A DNA stretch of 64,000 nucleotides from an uncultured archaeon (GTDB lineage: Archaea; Thermoplasmatota; Penumbrarchaeia; JASLWR01). The notes under the pieces are model-generated. The model made no database searches and was not told the origin of the DNA. It was given only the letters and a program-made list of their open reading frames with translations. This document shows, piece after piece, positions 1-10,839 of this stretch. The translations under genes and the position numbers were made by a program. Within the stretch, counting starts at the first letter, position 1. Each line of letters starts with the position of its first letter. The DNA lies in contig CAYSHM010000015.1 in NCBI GenBank assembly GCA_964430885.1, forward strand, positions 1-64,000, read 5' to 3'.

Positions 1-2
1 TC

Positions 3-3000
3 GTGTCCGCCGTCATACTGACCGTCCACCATGTCGTATCTCACAGTGCCCACGGTATCCTTCCAGGGAACCGGTTCCAGGTTACCTGTGGCATCGCAGT
101 TGTGCGAGAAGATCAGGGGTGCCGTATAGGTCATGTTGTTGTGGTTTGTCTCATCCTTGGCCTGAATGAACAGATTGAAGGGCATTCCGGCATAGAGTTC
201 GGTCTGGATGGTTTCCATCTCGAACCTGTTTGTGGGTCCGGCATACACTGTCAATATGTCCTCAAGCCAAAGGTCCTGAGGTCCGGGGTTTCCGGTGGTG
301 TTCTGAACTCTGAAACCGGGATACCAGGGAGGATCTCCCTGCTCTTCATACCAGGTTCCACGGGGTGTGAGGTAGAATGTACCCATTCCTCTCTGTGTTC
401 CGTCGAACTGGATGAAATCGTCACCGGTGACATCGAATGCACCTCCGTCTCCTTCCTGGAGGTCGACGAAATAGATGGTCTCACCGCTGAAATCCTCGAT
501 GACATTGTTGTAGTCATCTTTGATGTATACTACAAGAACACCCTCAAGTCCGTACTGCAGCGCACCCACCGGAACGAGTTCTAATGTGGTAGCGGGGCCT
601 GTCGTAAGCTCAAGGTCGAATGAAACCGGTATCTCTGTGGGCTGATGGATCGCCGTTATGGTTATCTCGTCGCCGATCTCTCCTCCGGAGCTCTTCACTA
701 TCTTCTTGTGGGGGAAGGGCTGTCCGTTCTCGGGATCGATAACGTCCTCAAAGGACCAGTCGTCAAGACCTGTAAGGGTCCAGTCGGTGAATGTCTGCCC
801 AGGCATTTGGAGAGCAGGGTCCTGATCATCGAAGGATACCAGTGTTATCTCTGAACCTGGATCGCCAGGGTTGGCGCCGTTGTTCTTGATTATTGAGCCC
901 TCTATCTCGGCATACTCGAATGCCATTATCCTGAAGATAGGCATATCGAGAACAGTTTCGAAGATGTCTCCGTCCCATTCCTCATACTGAAGTGAAATGG
1001 GTCCGATATCTCCATGGAATCCCTGAATAGATGTCACATCAGCGGTTACCAGGTTCACATCACCGGATTCAACCGAAGGAGTATTCCAGTCCAATGTTCC
1101 GTCCACAACAATACCGGGAGCCTGGGCATAATCGAGCTGCACAGAAGTTCCAGCATCTCCTTCCTCTTCATCACCAAGGCCGAAGATCGTCACATTCACG
1201 GTACCCATATCGGGAACACCCTGGTCAAGAGCATAATAGATCGGCGGGTCAGGTGATACTTCGGTATGGGCCCAGATCCTTGGTACGTCCAGGATAACAC
1301 CTTCGGCTTCCTGGTTTGCTTCGCACTCGAACATATCCCATAGTATGCCGGAATCGGGTATTCCTCCGTCGTCATACTGCTGGAACTTGATCCAGAGGTC
1401 CTCTTCTGTGCCTGGTGCATCGCATGTTTCAACACCGTTGGCATCTAGTAGTGCGATTATATCGAATGGGCCTTTTTCCACCCAATCGGTAAGATCGTTC
1501 TCGTACTGCCAGAGTCTGTACCAGGTATCGTTATCGGTTGATACCGCGATACCATCGGACTCGTGGTGTCCCTGGAAAGAAGCGGGCATGGGATCGGGTG
1601 TGAGATCATCTCCGAAAGCCATTGTTGCAAACTTAAGATTAAGTCCATCCACATCCTGGAGCCCTACATGGGCAACCAGTTCATTGAGGTTCTCTCCGGC
1701 TCTGGTCTCTGCACCAGTGTCCATTCTCCAGCAGTACATGTCATCGTAGGCCACAAAACCTACATCTTCAGTGACATAAAGGAGGAAATTATCAAGGGAA
1801 AATCCACCATACACCAATAATATCCAACTAGCATCAAATTCAAAACTAAACCTGACTTCCTGTCCTGCAAAGGCACTAACATCAAAATTAAATACATCCT
1901 CAACTGATCCATACCAGTCTGACTGAGTTTCATAAATCATAAAGGTGTCAAGAGGATTGCCGCCTCCTGCAGGTTCAATGTCAACTCTGATCTCAAAAGG
2001 ATCGCCATCCCAATTACAGCAAATATCCAGGTAATAACTGTAATCGAACTCAATTGAATGGGCATTATCGGGTAACTGTATATCTTGAGCTAGGCTTATC
2101 CACCTAGGCTGTTCATTACAGCAGGTGTCCATCTCAACGTAATAATAATTGTTACCGTCCGGAACACTGTTGAACATTGCATTCCATGAGCTTGAGCTGG
2201 TTGACCCCCATACACGCTGGTTATTCCAATCATTCCAGTTATTATCAATTATCCAACCATTTGTATTACCTGTCTCAAAGCTTGGATTTGTGAATGGATT
2301 GTCTTCAGCTAATATTGGCGATAGTACCACTCTCTCATTAATACCTTCATCAGTACTTGTGTAAGTATACCAGGCCCTACCTCCGGAATATTCGGGATCT
2401 GAAAGGTCCTTTTTGAAAGTCTCCTGAAATCCGACGATCAATCCTGTTCCCTGGATGTCCACATTGTCTATCCACCATCCCTCTCCTTCACCGCCGCATC
2501 CGCAGCACCCGTCACAGGTATCCATTCTCCACCTGACCTGGAAATTTGCATAGGGGTCCACATTGTAGTCGAATGTGATGTCTCTTCTCCAAGTCCGATC
2601 ACAGAAATTATGCAATTGATTGTTCTGACCGTGGATACATGTCCATGATCCGCCACCGTTGGTGGTTACCTCGACTCTTTCAATATCATAATATGAGGGC
2701 CATCCACCTTCATTGTTTGACCATGAATCGAATATGATCCTCAATTCACCAGTGGATCCTGCCCTTAATTCAGGGCTCTTTATCCAGCTGTTGTCGCATC
2801 CGTAGTCACCGTCGTTGGGTGTACCATAACAGCTTTCGCCCTGTACATTGCCCAACTGCCACATGCTTGGTCTTGCGCCGCATCCGCAGGTTGTACTTCC
2901 TTCTTGTCCGGTGGTCCAATCACCGACGCCTGCACTGAAATCGTCACCGAATATGGTTCCCCATTCATCTGCACGTGTGGGATTTTTTATCGTTCTAGAA

Positions 3001-3155
3001 GATTTGATATCTTCCAAGTCCATCCTTTCAACCATACTGTCCTTTCCGTTGAATTTCATTCCCAATACCATTGAGAATCCGGAAATAACGAATAAGAACA
3101 GAATGGTCACAATCAGGGTATTTCTACCCATTTTATTCGTTTTTTTCTCTTTCAT
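3..3155 (-). CDS. Giant modular surface protein, paralog 1 (3' end runs off the window; >1050 aa)
   Basis: Hand translation from ATG 3155 (MKEKKTNKMGRNTLIVTILFLFVISGFSMVLG, signal/anchor; GGAGG upstream), open to position 3. Absent from the ORF track because there is no stop in the window. Scaffold aligns by eye with the next two genes (CWRMD..NLNELVAHVGL, DGIAVSTDNDTWY, LWIKFQQY, LTTGPATT). Confidence 0.88.
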   Translation of the reverse strand, partial: MKEKKTNKMGRNTLIVTILFLFVISGFSMVLGMKFNGKDSMVERMDLEDIKSSRTIKNPTRADEWGTIFGDDFSAGVGDWTTGQEGSTTCGCGARPSMWQLGNVQGESCYGTPNDGDYGCDNSWIKSPELRAGSTGELRIIFDSWSNNEGGWPSYYDIERVEVTTNGGGSWTCIHGQNNQLHNFCDRTWRRDITFDYNVDPYANFQVRWRMDTCDGCCGCGGEGEGWWIDNVDIQGTGLIVGFQETFKKDLSDPEYSGGRAWYTYTSTDEGINERVVLSPILAEDNPFTNPSFETGNTNGWIIDNNWNDWNNQRVWGSTSSSSWNAMFNSVPDGNNYYYVEMDTCCNEQPRWISLAQDIQLPDNAHSIEFDYSYYLDICCNWDGDPFEIRVDIEPAGGGNPLDTFMIYETQSDWYGSVEDVFNFDVSAFAGQEVRFSFEFDASWILLVYGGFSLDNFLLYVTEDVGFVAYDDMYCWRMDTGAETRAGENLNELVAHVGLQDVDGLNLKFATMAFGDDLTPDPMPASFQGHHESDGIAVSTDNDTWYRLWQYENDLTDWVEKGPFDIIALLDANGVETCDAPGTEEDLWIKFQQYDDGGIPDSGILWDMFECEANQEAEGVILDVPRIWAHTEVSPDPPIYYALDQGVPDMGTVNVTIFGLGDEEEGDAGTSVQLDYAQAPGIVVDGTLDWNTPSVESGDVNLVTADVTSIQGFHGDIGPISLQYEEWDGDIFETVLDMPIFRIMAFEYAEIEGSIIKNNGANPGDPGSEITLVSFDDQDPALQMPGQTFTDWTLTGLDDWSFEDVIDPENGQPFPHKKIVKSSGGEIGDEITITAIHQPTEIPVSFDLELTTGPATTLELVPVGALQYGLEGVLVVYIKDDYNNVIEDFSGETIYFVDLQEGDGGAFDVTGDDFIQFDGTQRGMGTFYLTPRGTWYEEQGDPPWYPGFRVQNTTGNPGPQDLWLEDILTVYAGPTNRFEMETIQTELYAGMPFNLFIQAKDETNHNNMTYTAPLIFSHNCDATGNLEPVPWKDTVGTVRYDMVDGQYDGGH

Positions 3156-3410
3156 TTAAGTCCTCCTTTATACATATAAAGAAATATCACCCATGATTTT
3201 CATTTTCAATCATAGGTACAATAAGGAGGAATTATCTAGTATATATCATTTTCAATGTTTATAGTACCTAGTAAAATTGTTAAATAAATTAAATGGTATT
3301 TTATAATTAATTTGGTTCATATCTGAAATATGATAAAACTATTGCTAGACAATTCATATGACAGTGTAATATGTTTATTTGCATGAAGTGCACGGGTTAT
3401 TTTTTCAGAA

Positions 3411-3460
3411 AAAGAATAAAAAAGGGACCCAGAGGGTCCCAGCCGGATAATTTCCAACCA
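3411..3460 (-). terminator. Double hairpin plus U-tract downstream of paralog 2
   Basis: Minus strand reads GGTTGGA..TCCGGCT, then GGGACCC-TCT-GGGTCCC, then TTTTTTATTCTTTTT; an equivalent element follows paralog 3. Confidence 0.7.
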
Positions 3461-3495
3461 ATTTAATCAAAACAATTTTTTCCGTTTCTCTGCAT

Positions 3496-6400
3496 CTACT
3501 GCTCGATCTGGACCTCAAAGAGCTCGTTGTCCTTTGTCTTCAGAGCGAAGTAGTATCCTGCCCTGGCCTCACCGGGATCGGGTGTTCCGTCGTAGTTATC
3601 GTGGTCCTCGCTCTTGATGATGAACCGGTCACCCGTAGACAGATACCCGTCATGGTCGCCGTCATGGAAGGACACGATGGTCTCGTTGTCGATGGACTTC
3701 CCGTAAATAGCGGTGACCTTGTGCTGACCCATGCTCTTATCCACCTTGTTCCCGTCCATGAGGGAGAACTCCAGGTCCTCGACCGAGAATTCTTTATCTT
3801 TCACGTTCTCGATGATGAGCTGGTAGTCGTTCTGAAGTGTCGGACCTTCCCAAGCGGTATCCACATACTCGATATCGTTGCTCTTCTGCGTGTCAACCAA
3901 TCCTGAAACCCAGAGCCAGAGAACACCTGCAAGAACGATGGTAATGGCCACCATGAGAATGATTGCAATTACCGGCGAAACACCTTCCTCATCCTTCTTT
4001 CTCCTATTTCCCTTCTCATTATTACGGGAATAGAGATTCGCTATCACAGCTCCAGCAAGAAGGGCCAGAATCATGAAGGCTAAAGCGGGTGCGAATGACG
4101 GGGTCTCGGATGCCGGAGGTGCTGCCACAGCATGCAGCTCTATGAGGGCAGATTCATCTTCATCATTCCATTGGAAATCTCTCATGTCAGCTCCGCCTGC
4201 AATATCGATTATCTCGACCTTGAGGTAGTTCACATTATCAGAGTTTTCGTTATTATAGTTCAAGGCATTTGCCATGCTTTCGAAAGGTATTATAGCTCCG
4301 TATTCTTTCACCCCTTCCTGGTCTGAATGCAGATACAGAAGCCGGAAAGTTCCATTTGGTGCACCGCTGGTATGGATAACGTGCCCTAGGCCCTCTTCCT
4401 CGCCCTGAATATTCACTTCATGGTATATTGTACACTTTACCAGAAGCTGAAGGTTATCGGGGAAAGAACCGGGTTCTGGAGTCTTGTAATGAACCGGCAC
4501 CCTGAGTTGGAAAGGTGTATCCAGAAGGAATTCCGTAGTACCAATTTCTTCATCCAGAAGCCAAACATTCAGCCTGTTGAACACTCTAACAGGTACCTCA
4601 AGTGTGACCTCTCCATCAAGGAACTCATCAGTGTCTTCAGCGGTAATATAAACCATTCCATCCATGTAGGAATACTCGCCATCCTTGATACCTGGATTGT
4701 CTTCTAGACTGAAGTAGTCTACAGCCTGGAATTCAGACTCGTCCATCATCCCGATTATTTCATCTGCATCCCAATCTGAAATGTCGAACTCCGTTACTGG
4801 ATTGCCCCATTCATCAAAAGCTAGAACATCGAATATCTGGGTACCGCTTACGGGTATCAGGAGATGACCGTCTTCCGCATGCAGAACATCCATGATAGAC
4901 GGATCTGGTATTGGTGTAAGCTCCGCCAAAGGACCCGCTCTCACTTCAAGATCGAGCTTCCCGTTCACAGCGTGGTTTATTCCTGATTTCATACTGATCT
5001 CGAGGTTCTCAGTTGCCTGGTAGAACACAAACTCGGTCAACTGATCTGGAGCTGTGATCTCACCGTCGATCATCTCAAGGGATATATTGGACGGTTCTGT
5101 TTGCCATGGTTCAGGTTCCAATAGGCCTGTTGCAGGAGAATTATGTTCAGCGATAATAGGTGCGGTGTATGTTGTTGATACATGATCACCCATATCAACG
5201 GCTTGGACATCCAGATACAGGGTCTCGCCTGCATAGATATAATTCTCAGGTCTCGGAGCAACACCCATTTCATCCCAGTCCGGAGTGACCAATAGGTGAT
5301 GTACCGGACCAGCATCTACATCCAATGAAACATCAGCACTGAGCCCCTCAATGGTCTCAAAGTGAATTATGGTATCGCCGTCACCCATGTATGTCCAAGG
5401 TGTAATGAAAAATGTATGCAGTGCCCTATCAGCTGGTGTGAACTCATAATAAAGCCAACCGTCATAGGGGCCTCCATCATCCTCCGTCTCCACTTCAGCT
5501 GAGAAATCAACCTCACCTGCATCAATGCGGATATACATCTTGCCAGTCCAATCCACGGCCTCGTTGCCATAGTCATCCTGGACCGCAATCGTAAGAATAT
5601 CGGTCATGCTGTACATATAGTTATCCAGGGGTGTGACAGTGGCTGTGGTAGCAGGCCCTGAGGTAAGGGTTATGGAGTATTCATAGGTATCTCCTGTTCC
5701 CCTCGCAGCCCCATGGGTCACAGATATGCTGCCCTGATCGCCAGGTTCCCCTCCCACAATATGGAGGTATTTTTGATGGCTTTCCACAGTATCGAATAGC
5801 TGCCAGCTGTCGGCCGTAGGAAAATCCACCTGCCAATTATGGAATTCCTGGGGTATCATTTCACCAGGCGGTTCAAGGTCATCATAAGAGACCAAAGTTA
5901 TGAAATTGCCGTCTTCAGGGTTAGGTCCGTGTTTATTGGCTATGAACTCGGAATCCTCACTAAACTCTGCGAATGAGAACTCCTGAATTCTCAAATAGGG
6001 AGAATCAAGTTCCTTATTAATGATCTCGTTATCCCATGTTATATACTGGAGGGTGAAGACTCCTATCTCTCCTGCAAATCCCTCCGGTGAAGATATCGAG
6101 AAATCTATATCGAATTCGTCGCCAACAAAAACAGCATCATCATCCGGGTTTTCAGTAGCTGAGGACCATGTGATCTCAGTGATGTCCGGGTCGTTATCAA
6201 TTATTATTCCGTCAGCTCTTTCATAGATAAGCCGAACTTCGTTTGCTGCAGGATCACCGCCACCAAGATAAGTTATGGTTACCTTCCCATGACCTGGATT
6301 GACTCCTGTTTCATTATCGGGATTATCTCCGTCATTATAGGAACCACCACCTCCGGACCATCCACCGTTGTTATCCGAGCCGCCGCCTGAATAACCTCCA

Positions 6401-9400
6401 CCACCGCCCGATCCGCCCCAACCGCCTGCGGCACCACCGCCGAATCCGCCCAGCTCAGCGTTCGGTCCGAAATAATTGGAAGGTGTATATCCTCCTTCAC
6501 CACCGTTAAGGAATGATCTAGACGGTAAGGGATTACCCCCTCTATTATCATTGGAGGCATCACCGTCACCTAAGAATCCTGCACCAGCTCCCCCACCATG
6601 GGTCGGAGGATGATAGGTTGTTCCGCCCATACCGTTGTTCCCTCCGTTGTTCAAACTGCTGCCGGCAAATCCATCTCTTCCATCTATTCCAACATGACCG
6701 TCAGTGGTTTCTCTTCTGATCAAATCTCCAGGGTTCCTTCTTGCTCCGCCACCGCCAGCTACTATTAGAGGCGTGTCGTCGTCAAGAGCAACGAAAGAAC
6801 CTCCTCCGCCGCTGCAGGCCACATTATCTTGGGTACCTCGTTGTCCAACAATGATCTTCAAGGTGTCACCTGCATTAAATGAGAAATCACCTTTCATTCT
6901 GGCACCGAAACCTTCGTTATCATATCCTCCCTGAGCACCCCATACTTCTATAGTATAATCACCTCCGGATGGAAGTTCAAATACCTGGATGCCGCTGTCG
7001 GATGTGACCATCCCGTCCAATTCGGTACCGGAATAAGCACTATTGATCTGTGGTTGGTTCGGACCGAATCTTCCATTGACTCCGCAATTTGTGAATTCGT
7101 AAATAACGGGGTCTGCTCTGGTGTTCCCACCTGCCCCAGCTCCACCAAGGCCGTCAATGTTCACCGTTACATCGGCCACATCCGGTTCCCCCTGGCCTTC
7201 GGCATATATCCTGAAGGGATCTTCAGGATCGGTCTCGATATAGACATCAAGTGTCGGGACCGCAAAATTAAATTCCACTTCGGGGTTTGCTCTCAGAGTG
7301 ATCTCATCCCAGAGAATAGTTTCATCTGGGAAGGCACCGCTGCCGTACTGCATGAATTTAATATAAAGATCTTCTTGGGGGTCTACGCTGTTGTTGGGTA
7401 AAATTGATAGAAGGTCGAATTCTCCATACATGTTCCAGCCTCCTGGATTCTGCGGGGCCCAGACCTTGTACCAGTTATCTCCGTCAATACTAACAGCAAC
7501 CCCGTCAAAGGTAATTTCGTCATCACCGCTGAACATAGGCGGCATTGGGTCGCAGTTTCCATATATCTCCGCTGCAAACTCCAAAGTGAGATCTGTGACA
7601 TCCTCTTCACCTGCATCCAATCCGATGTGCAAGGTCAGTTCATTGAGATTATTCGCTCTTACAATAGGATCGGGGTTATCCATGACCCAGCAAAAGGGTC
7701 CTCGATCTTCCTCTTCATAGGAATCGAATCCCGGATCATCAACCTCTTCATAGAGAATTATCTCTACCATACCATGACCATCATTGGCATTTGGTGTGTT
7801 GGATTGGATATCGCCATCATTGTATGACCCACCACCTCTGGCTGTGGTAGAGAAATTATAACCTCCTCTACCTCCATGATAGCCTCCTCCGCCTCCACCA
7901 GGATGATGGATGGATGCACCGCCGCCGCCAAATCCTCCGTCACCGCTGTAATTTGAATCTCCTCCTATACCGTTGTTCCTGAAACTATGAGCGTTGTTTG
8001 ATTGAGAATTTCCAACAAATCCGGCTGCACCACTATCGCAGTAGGAGCCGCAATTCCCTCCACCGGTACCATTGTTTGTGGTAAGACCACCTTCTCCTGG
8101 CTGGTTGACTCCCTGATAATAAGCTGTCCCACCGCCTCCTCCACCGGCTACTATCAGGGCGTCAGAAGAGCTGTAGTGATTGCCAATTGTTACATAGGAA
8201 CCACCGCCTCCGCCACCGCCATGGGAATTGTTGTTTGATGGATTATTGCCTTTTTGACCCACGGCAATGATCAATTTATCACCCAGGTTAAGGTCAAAAT
8301 CACCTTCCATTCGGGCACCTTTTCCACCTTGATTACTACCGTTCACCTCACCCCCTTGGCCGCCGTAAGCTTTGATAGTATAGGTGGCAGTTTGTGGGAC
8401 TGTCCACTCCTGGTAACCCTGTGTACTTATTATTACATCACCTTCCAGGCTTGTGCCTGAATATTCGGAATTTGCATTCCCCTGGTTTGGGCCGAATCTT
8501 CCTGTAGCTCCACAGTTTGTGAACGTATAATTTGCAGCTTCAACAAGTGCGGGCTCGGTCATAATTCTCTCATTTCGCGCAGTTTCCAGAGTGGATCTTT
8601 TCATCCAAGCAGAAGCGAAATCTGATGCATCTTCTCCTGACAATGGATCACTGAATGTTTCCAGATAATACCTAGCTAGAGGTACTGGTGGAGTTGATAT
8701 CAATATTTCACCGTGTCCAGTTTTGTCCCCTGCCTTGTTATCGGTGTTATCACCTGAGTTGTAACCGCCTCCACCTCCTCCTTCACCAGAGGAATTCTGT
8801 CCACCGCCACCACCGGAATAACCGCCACCTCCACCGCCACCGTGGCACGTTCCAGCTCCACCACCGAATCCTCCGGAAGCACCATAACTGGCATATCCCC
8901 ATGCTCCACCTTCAAAGCTGAACTTGGACAATCCTCTTCCGCTGCCCCAGCAGGTATTGTTCTGGCCGTGCCCCTTCCACCCAGCTCCGCCTGCACCGGC
9001 ATAGCATCCCCCGGAATTTCCTCCATATCCGTTGGATCCACCGCCTCCACCTGGTGATCCTGGTTTACCTGAGGTTGTTGTTGGCGCATCGGCATCAGAA
9101 GGATTGTCCCAACCGCCTCCACCTCCTCCAGCAGTGATAAGAGGTTCATTTGTTTGTCCGTCTAACCAAAGGAAAGATCCGCCTCCCCCCCCGCCTCCGC
9201 AATAGCTTTGTGAACCCTGCTCACCTTTCTGTCCAACGACTAGTTTGAGAAGATCACCCTGATTTAGGTCAAACTCTCCTTCCATGGATGCCCCTTTGCC
9301 CCCCGTGGTACCTTGACCTCTTGCTCCCCCTTCGGCTCCCTTGACCACAATAGTATATGTACCGGTCTCGGGAACCACCCATTCCTGGATACCTGTTTGA

Positions 9401-10644
9401 TTGATGCTGACCTGTCCATCTAGATTAGTGCCAGCATATTCGGAATTTGCGTTGGACTGATTAGGGCCGTATCTTCCGGTTTTACCACAGTTGGTGAATG
9501 TGTACGTCACACCGGTTCCCTCTTCAAATTCCACACCGTATTCTGAGCCGCCTTTTAATATTTCAAGTAGTGTGATTTTGGCCTTTCCATGACCAGCCTG
9601 GATACCTGATTCAGTTCCTGAATCACTAAGAACGGGATCGAGATAAGCAGATCCTCCACCTCCACCAGCTCCCCAACCCCTGCCGTGCTGAGCACTTGAA
9701 CCGGATCCGCCGCCATACCATCCTCCACCGCCTCCACCGCACCCGCAGTGATACCAACCGGGTGTTGCATGTCCTCCCTGGAAGAATGATCCGTCCCCTC
9801 CAGGAGAATAAGAATTGGAAGAACCCATATCGTATCCTCTAGGACCGCCTGCATCCTGTGTACCTCCCCCCCCTCCCTGGGACCATCCGCCGTTACCGCC
9901 CCCTGCGTTCTGACCCTGAAGACCTCCGCCATTACCCCCCCAATCCTCTGAAGTGCATCCGTCAGAAGCTCCGCCACCACCAGCAATTAACAGGAAATTG
10001 TGATCGTTCGGAGTGCCAACGTCCATTCCTGTTCTGATATCCGAAGAACCTCCACCTCCGTAACCATGACCATTATCTGCCCCGCCATCACCGCCATTTG
10101 GCCATCCTCCACCGTCAGGGTTGAAGTTGCCTTGATGCCCCTGCTGTCCAACTACAACATAAAGGGTTGAATTATTCTCCAATTCAACGGAACCGTAGGA
10201 ATAACCACCTTCACCGGGGTTTCCTCCACCATTACCACCCTGAGCACCCCATACTTCTAGTTTATAGATACCGTTTACAGGAACATCCCAAGGCATTTCT
10301 GATCCGGTATAATTGAAATCCCAGATGTCACCCTCTTCCGGACCTGCTCTTGTAGATATCCCGTCCATGACCGGTTCATCAATAGGTTCTTCAATGGGTT
10401 CAATAAAATAATCACTACTAGTAGGGAGTGAACCCACGCTGCCGTCCGAATATTCGGCAGCCATACCGTAGCTCATGGTCTGTGTATCCATGGTTTTCTC
10501 GTTCTGGTATGGAAGAAAGATAACTTCCTTTACCTTTACATCCTCATTGTTATCACTTTCAAATATATTACCAACCATCAGCGCTAGACCTGTGAGTATC
10601 AGAGCACTGATAGCAAGTATCAATATCATTTTTTTCATTTTCAT
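3496..10644 (-). CDS. Giant surface protein, paralog 2 (2382 aa): four ALK/LTK-type Gly-rich modules, TPSF-TM anchor, C-terminal type IV pilin-like domain
   Basis: N-terminal hydrophobic signal; repeated FTNCGxxGRxGP..GxQxWxVPxxxxYTIxxxGAxGG..LxxxVGQxG..PLIxAGGGGG modules; C-terminal ETPSF-TM-RRKKDEEG/VSPVIAIILMVAITIVLAGVLWLWVSG. Confidence 0.9.
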   Translation of the reverse strand: MKMKKMILILAISALILTGLALMVGNIFESDNNEDVKVKEVIFLPYQNEKTMDTQTMSYGMAAEYSDGSVGSLPTSSDYFIEPIEEPIDEPVMDGISTRAGPEEGDIWDFNYTGSEMPWDVPVNGIYKLEVWGAQGGNGGGNPGEGGYSYGSVELENNSTLYVVVGQQGHQGNFNPDGGGWPNGGDGGADNGHGYGGGGSSDIRTGMDVGTPNDHNFLLIAGGGGASDGCTSEDWGGNGGGLQGQNAGGGNGGWSQGGGGGTQDAGGPRGYDMGSSNSYSPGGDGSFFQGGHATPGWYHCGCGGGGGGWYGGGSGSSAQHGRGWGAGGGGGSAYLDPVLSDSGTESGIQAGHGKAKITLLEILKGGSEYGVEFEEGTGVTYTFTNCGKTGRYGPNQSNANSEYAGTNLDGQVSINQTGIQEWVVPETGTYTIVVKGAEGGARGQGTTGGKGASMEGEFDLNQGDLLKLVVGQKGEQGSQSYCGGGGGGGSFLWLDGQTNEPLITAGGGGGGWDNPSDADAPTTTSGKPGSPGGGGGSNGYGGNSGGCYAGAGGAGWKGHGQNNTCWGSGRGLSKFSFEGGAWGYASYGASGGFGGGAGTCHGGGGGGGYSGGGGGQNSSGEGGGGGGYNSGDNTDNKAGDKTGHGEILISTPPVPLARYYLETFSDPLSGEDASDFASAWMKRSTLETARNERIMTEPALVEAANYTFTNCGATGRFGPNQGNANSEYSGTSLEGDVIISTQGYQEWTVPQTATYTIKAYGGQGGEVNGSNQGGKGARMEGDFDLNLGDKLIIAVGQKGNNPSNNNSHGGGGGGGSYVTIGNHYSSSDALIVAGGGGGGTAYYQGVNQPGEGGLTTNNGTGGGNCGSYCDSGAAGFVGNSQSNNAHSFRNNGIGGDSNYSGDGGFGGGGASIHHPGGGGGGYHGGRGGYNFSTTARGGGSYNDGDIQSNTPNANDGHGMVEIILYEEVDDPGFDSYEEEDRGPFCWVMDNPDPIVRANNLNELTLHIGLDAGEEDVTDLTLEFAAEIYGNCDPMPPMFSGDDEITFDGVAVSIDGDNWYKVWAPQNPGGWNMYGEFDLLSILPNNSVDPQEDLYIKFMQYGSGAFPDETILWDEITLRANPEVEFNFAVPTLDVYIETDPEDPFRIYAEGQGEPDVADVTVNIDGLGGAGAGGNTRADPVIYEFTNCGVNGRFGPNQPQINSAYSGTELDGMVTSDSGIQVFELPSGGDYTIEVWGAQGGYDNEGFGARMKGDFSFNAGDTLKIIVGQRGTQDNVACSGGGGSFVALDDDTPLIVAGGGGARRNPGDLIRRETTDGHVGIDGRDGFAGSSLNNGGNNGMGGTTYHPPTHGGGAGAGFLGDGDASNDNRGGNPLPSRSFLNGGEGGYTPSNYFGPNAELGGFGGGAAGGWGGSGGGGGYSGGGSDNNGGWSGGGGSYNDGDNPDNETGVNPGHGKVTITYLGGGDPAANEVRLIYERADGIIIDNDPDITEITWSSATENPDDDAVFVGDEFDIDFSISSPEGFAGEIGVFTLQYITWDNEIINKELDSPYLRIQEFSFAEFSEDSEFIANKHGPNPEDGNFITLVSYDDLEPPGEMIPQEFHNWQVDFPTADSWQLFDTVESHQKYLHIVGGEPGDQGSISVTHGAARGTGDTYEYSITLTSGPATTATVTPLDNYMYSMTDILTIAVQDDYGNEAVDWTGKMYIRIDAGEVDFSAEVETEDDGGPYDGWLYYEFTPADRALHTFFITPWTYMGDGDTIIHFETIEGLSADVSLDVDAGPVHHLLVTPDWDEMGVAPRPENYIYAGETLYLDVQAVDMGDHVSTTYTAPIIAEHNSPATGLLEPEPWQTEPSNISLEMIDGEITAPDQLTEFVFYQATENLEISMKSGINHAVNGKLDLEVRAGPLAELTPIPDPSIMDVLHAEDGHLLIPVSGTQIFDVLAFDEWGNPVTEFDISDWDADEIIGMMDESEFQAVDYFSLEDNPGIKDGEYSYMDGMVYITAEDTDEFLDGEVTLEVPVRVFNRLNVWLLDEEIGTTEFLLDTPFQLRVPVHYKTPEPGSFPDNLQLLVKCTIYHEVNIQGEEEGLGHVIHTSGAPNGTFRLLYLHSDQEGVKEYGAIIPFESMANALNYNNENSDNVNYLKVEIIDIAGGADMRDFQWNDEDESALIELHAVAAPPASETPSFAPALAFMILALLAGAVIANLYSRNNEKGNRRKKDEEGVSPVIAIILMVAITIVLAGVLWLWVSGLVDTQKSNDIEYVDTAWEGPTLQNDYQLIIENVKDKEFSVEDLEFSLMDGNKVDKSMGQHKVTAIYGKSIDNETIVSFHDGDHDGYLSTGDRFIIKSEDHDNYDGTPDPGEARAGYYFALKTKDNELFEVQIEQ
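3992..4113. repeat. 122-bp exact repeat, copy 1 (copy 2 at 11336-11457)
   Basis: Base-by-base identity by eye; encodes the TPSF-TM-basic linker. Confidence 0.85.
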
Positions 10645-10756
10645 GTTAGTATCTCCTATCCTTTTTCAGATTGTTTCACTTCAGCTTACATATACAGCAG
10701 CCGGAGTAGAATATCTAGAATCACAGGATTATTTATAATTTGTTAGAAATAAAATG

Positions 10757-10804
10757 AAAAATAAAAGGGACCCCTAAGGGTCCCGGTCGGTTACTTTCCA
10801 ACCA
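10757..10804 (-). terminator. Double hairpin plus U-tract downstream of paralog 3
   Basis: Minus strand reads GGTTGG..CCGACC, then GGGACCC-TTAG-GGGTCCC, then TTTTATTTTT. Confidence 0.7.
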
Positions 10805-10839
10805 ATATAATCAAAACTTTCAATTACTTTTCTCAACAT

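Noticed and set aside
3-3159. Short ORF-track ORFs such as 3-584(+), 1345-1749(+), 2848-3159(+)
   Set aside because: Antisense or off-frame shadows of the long minus-strand gene starting at 3155.
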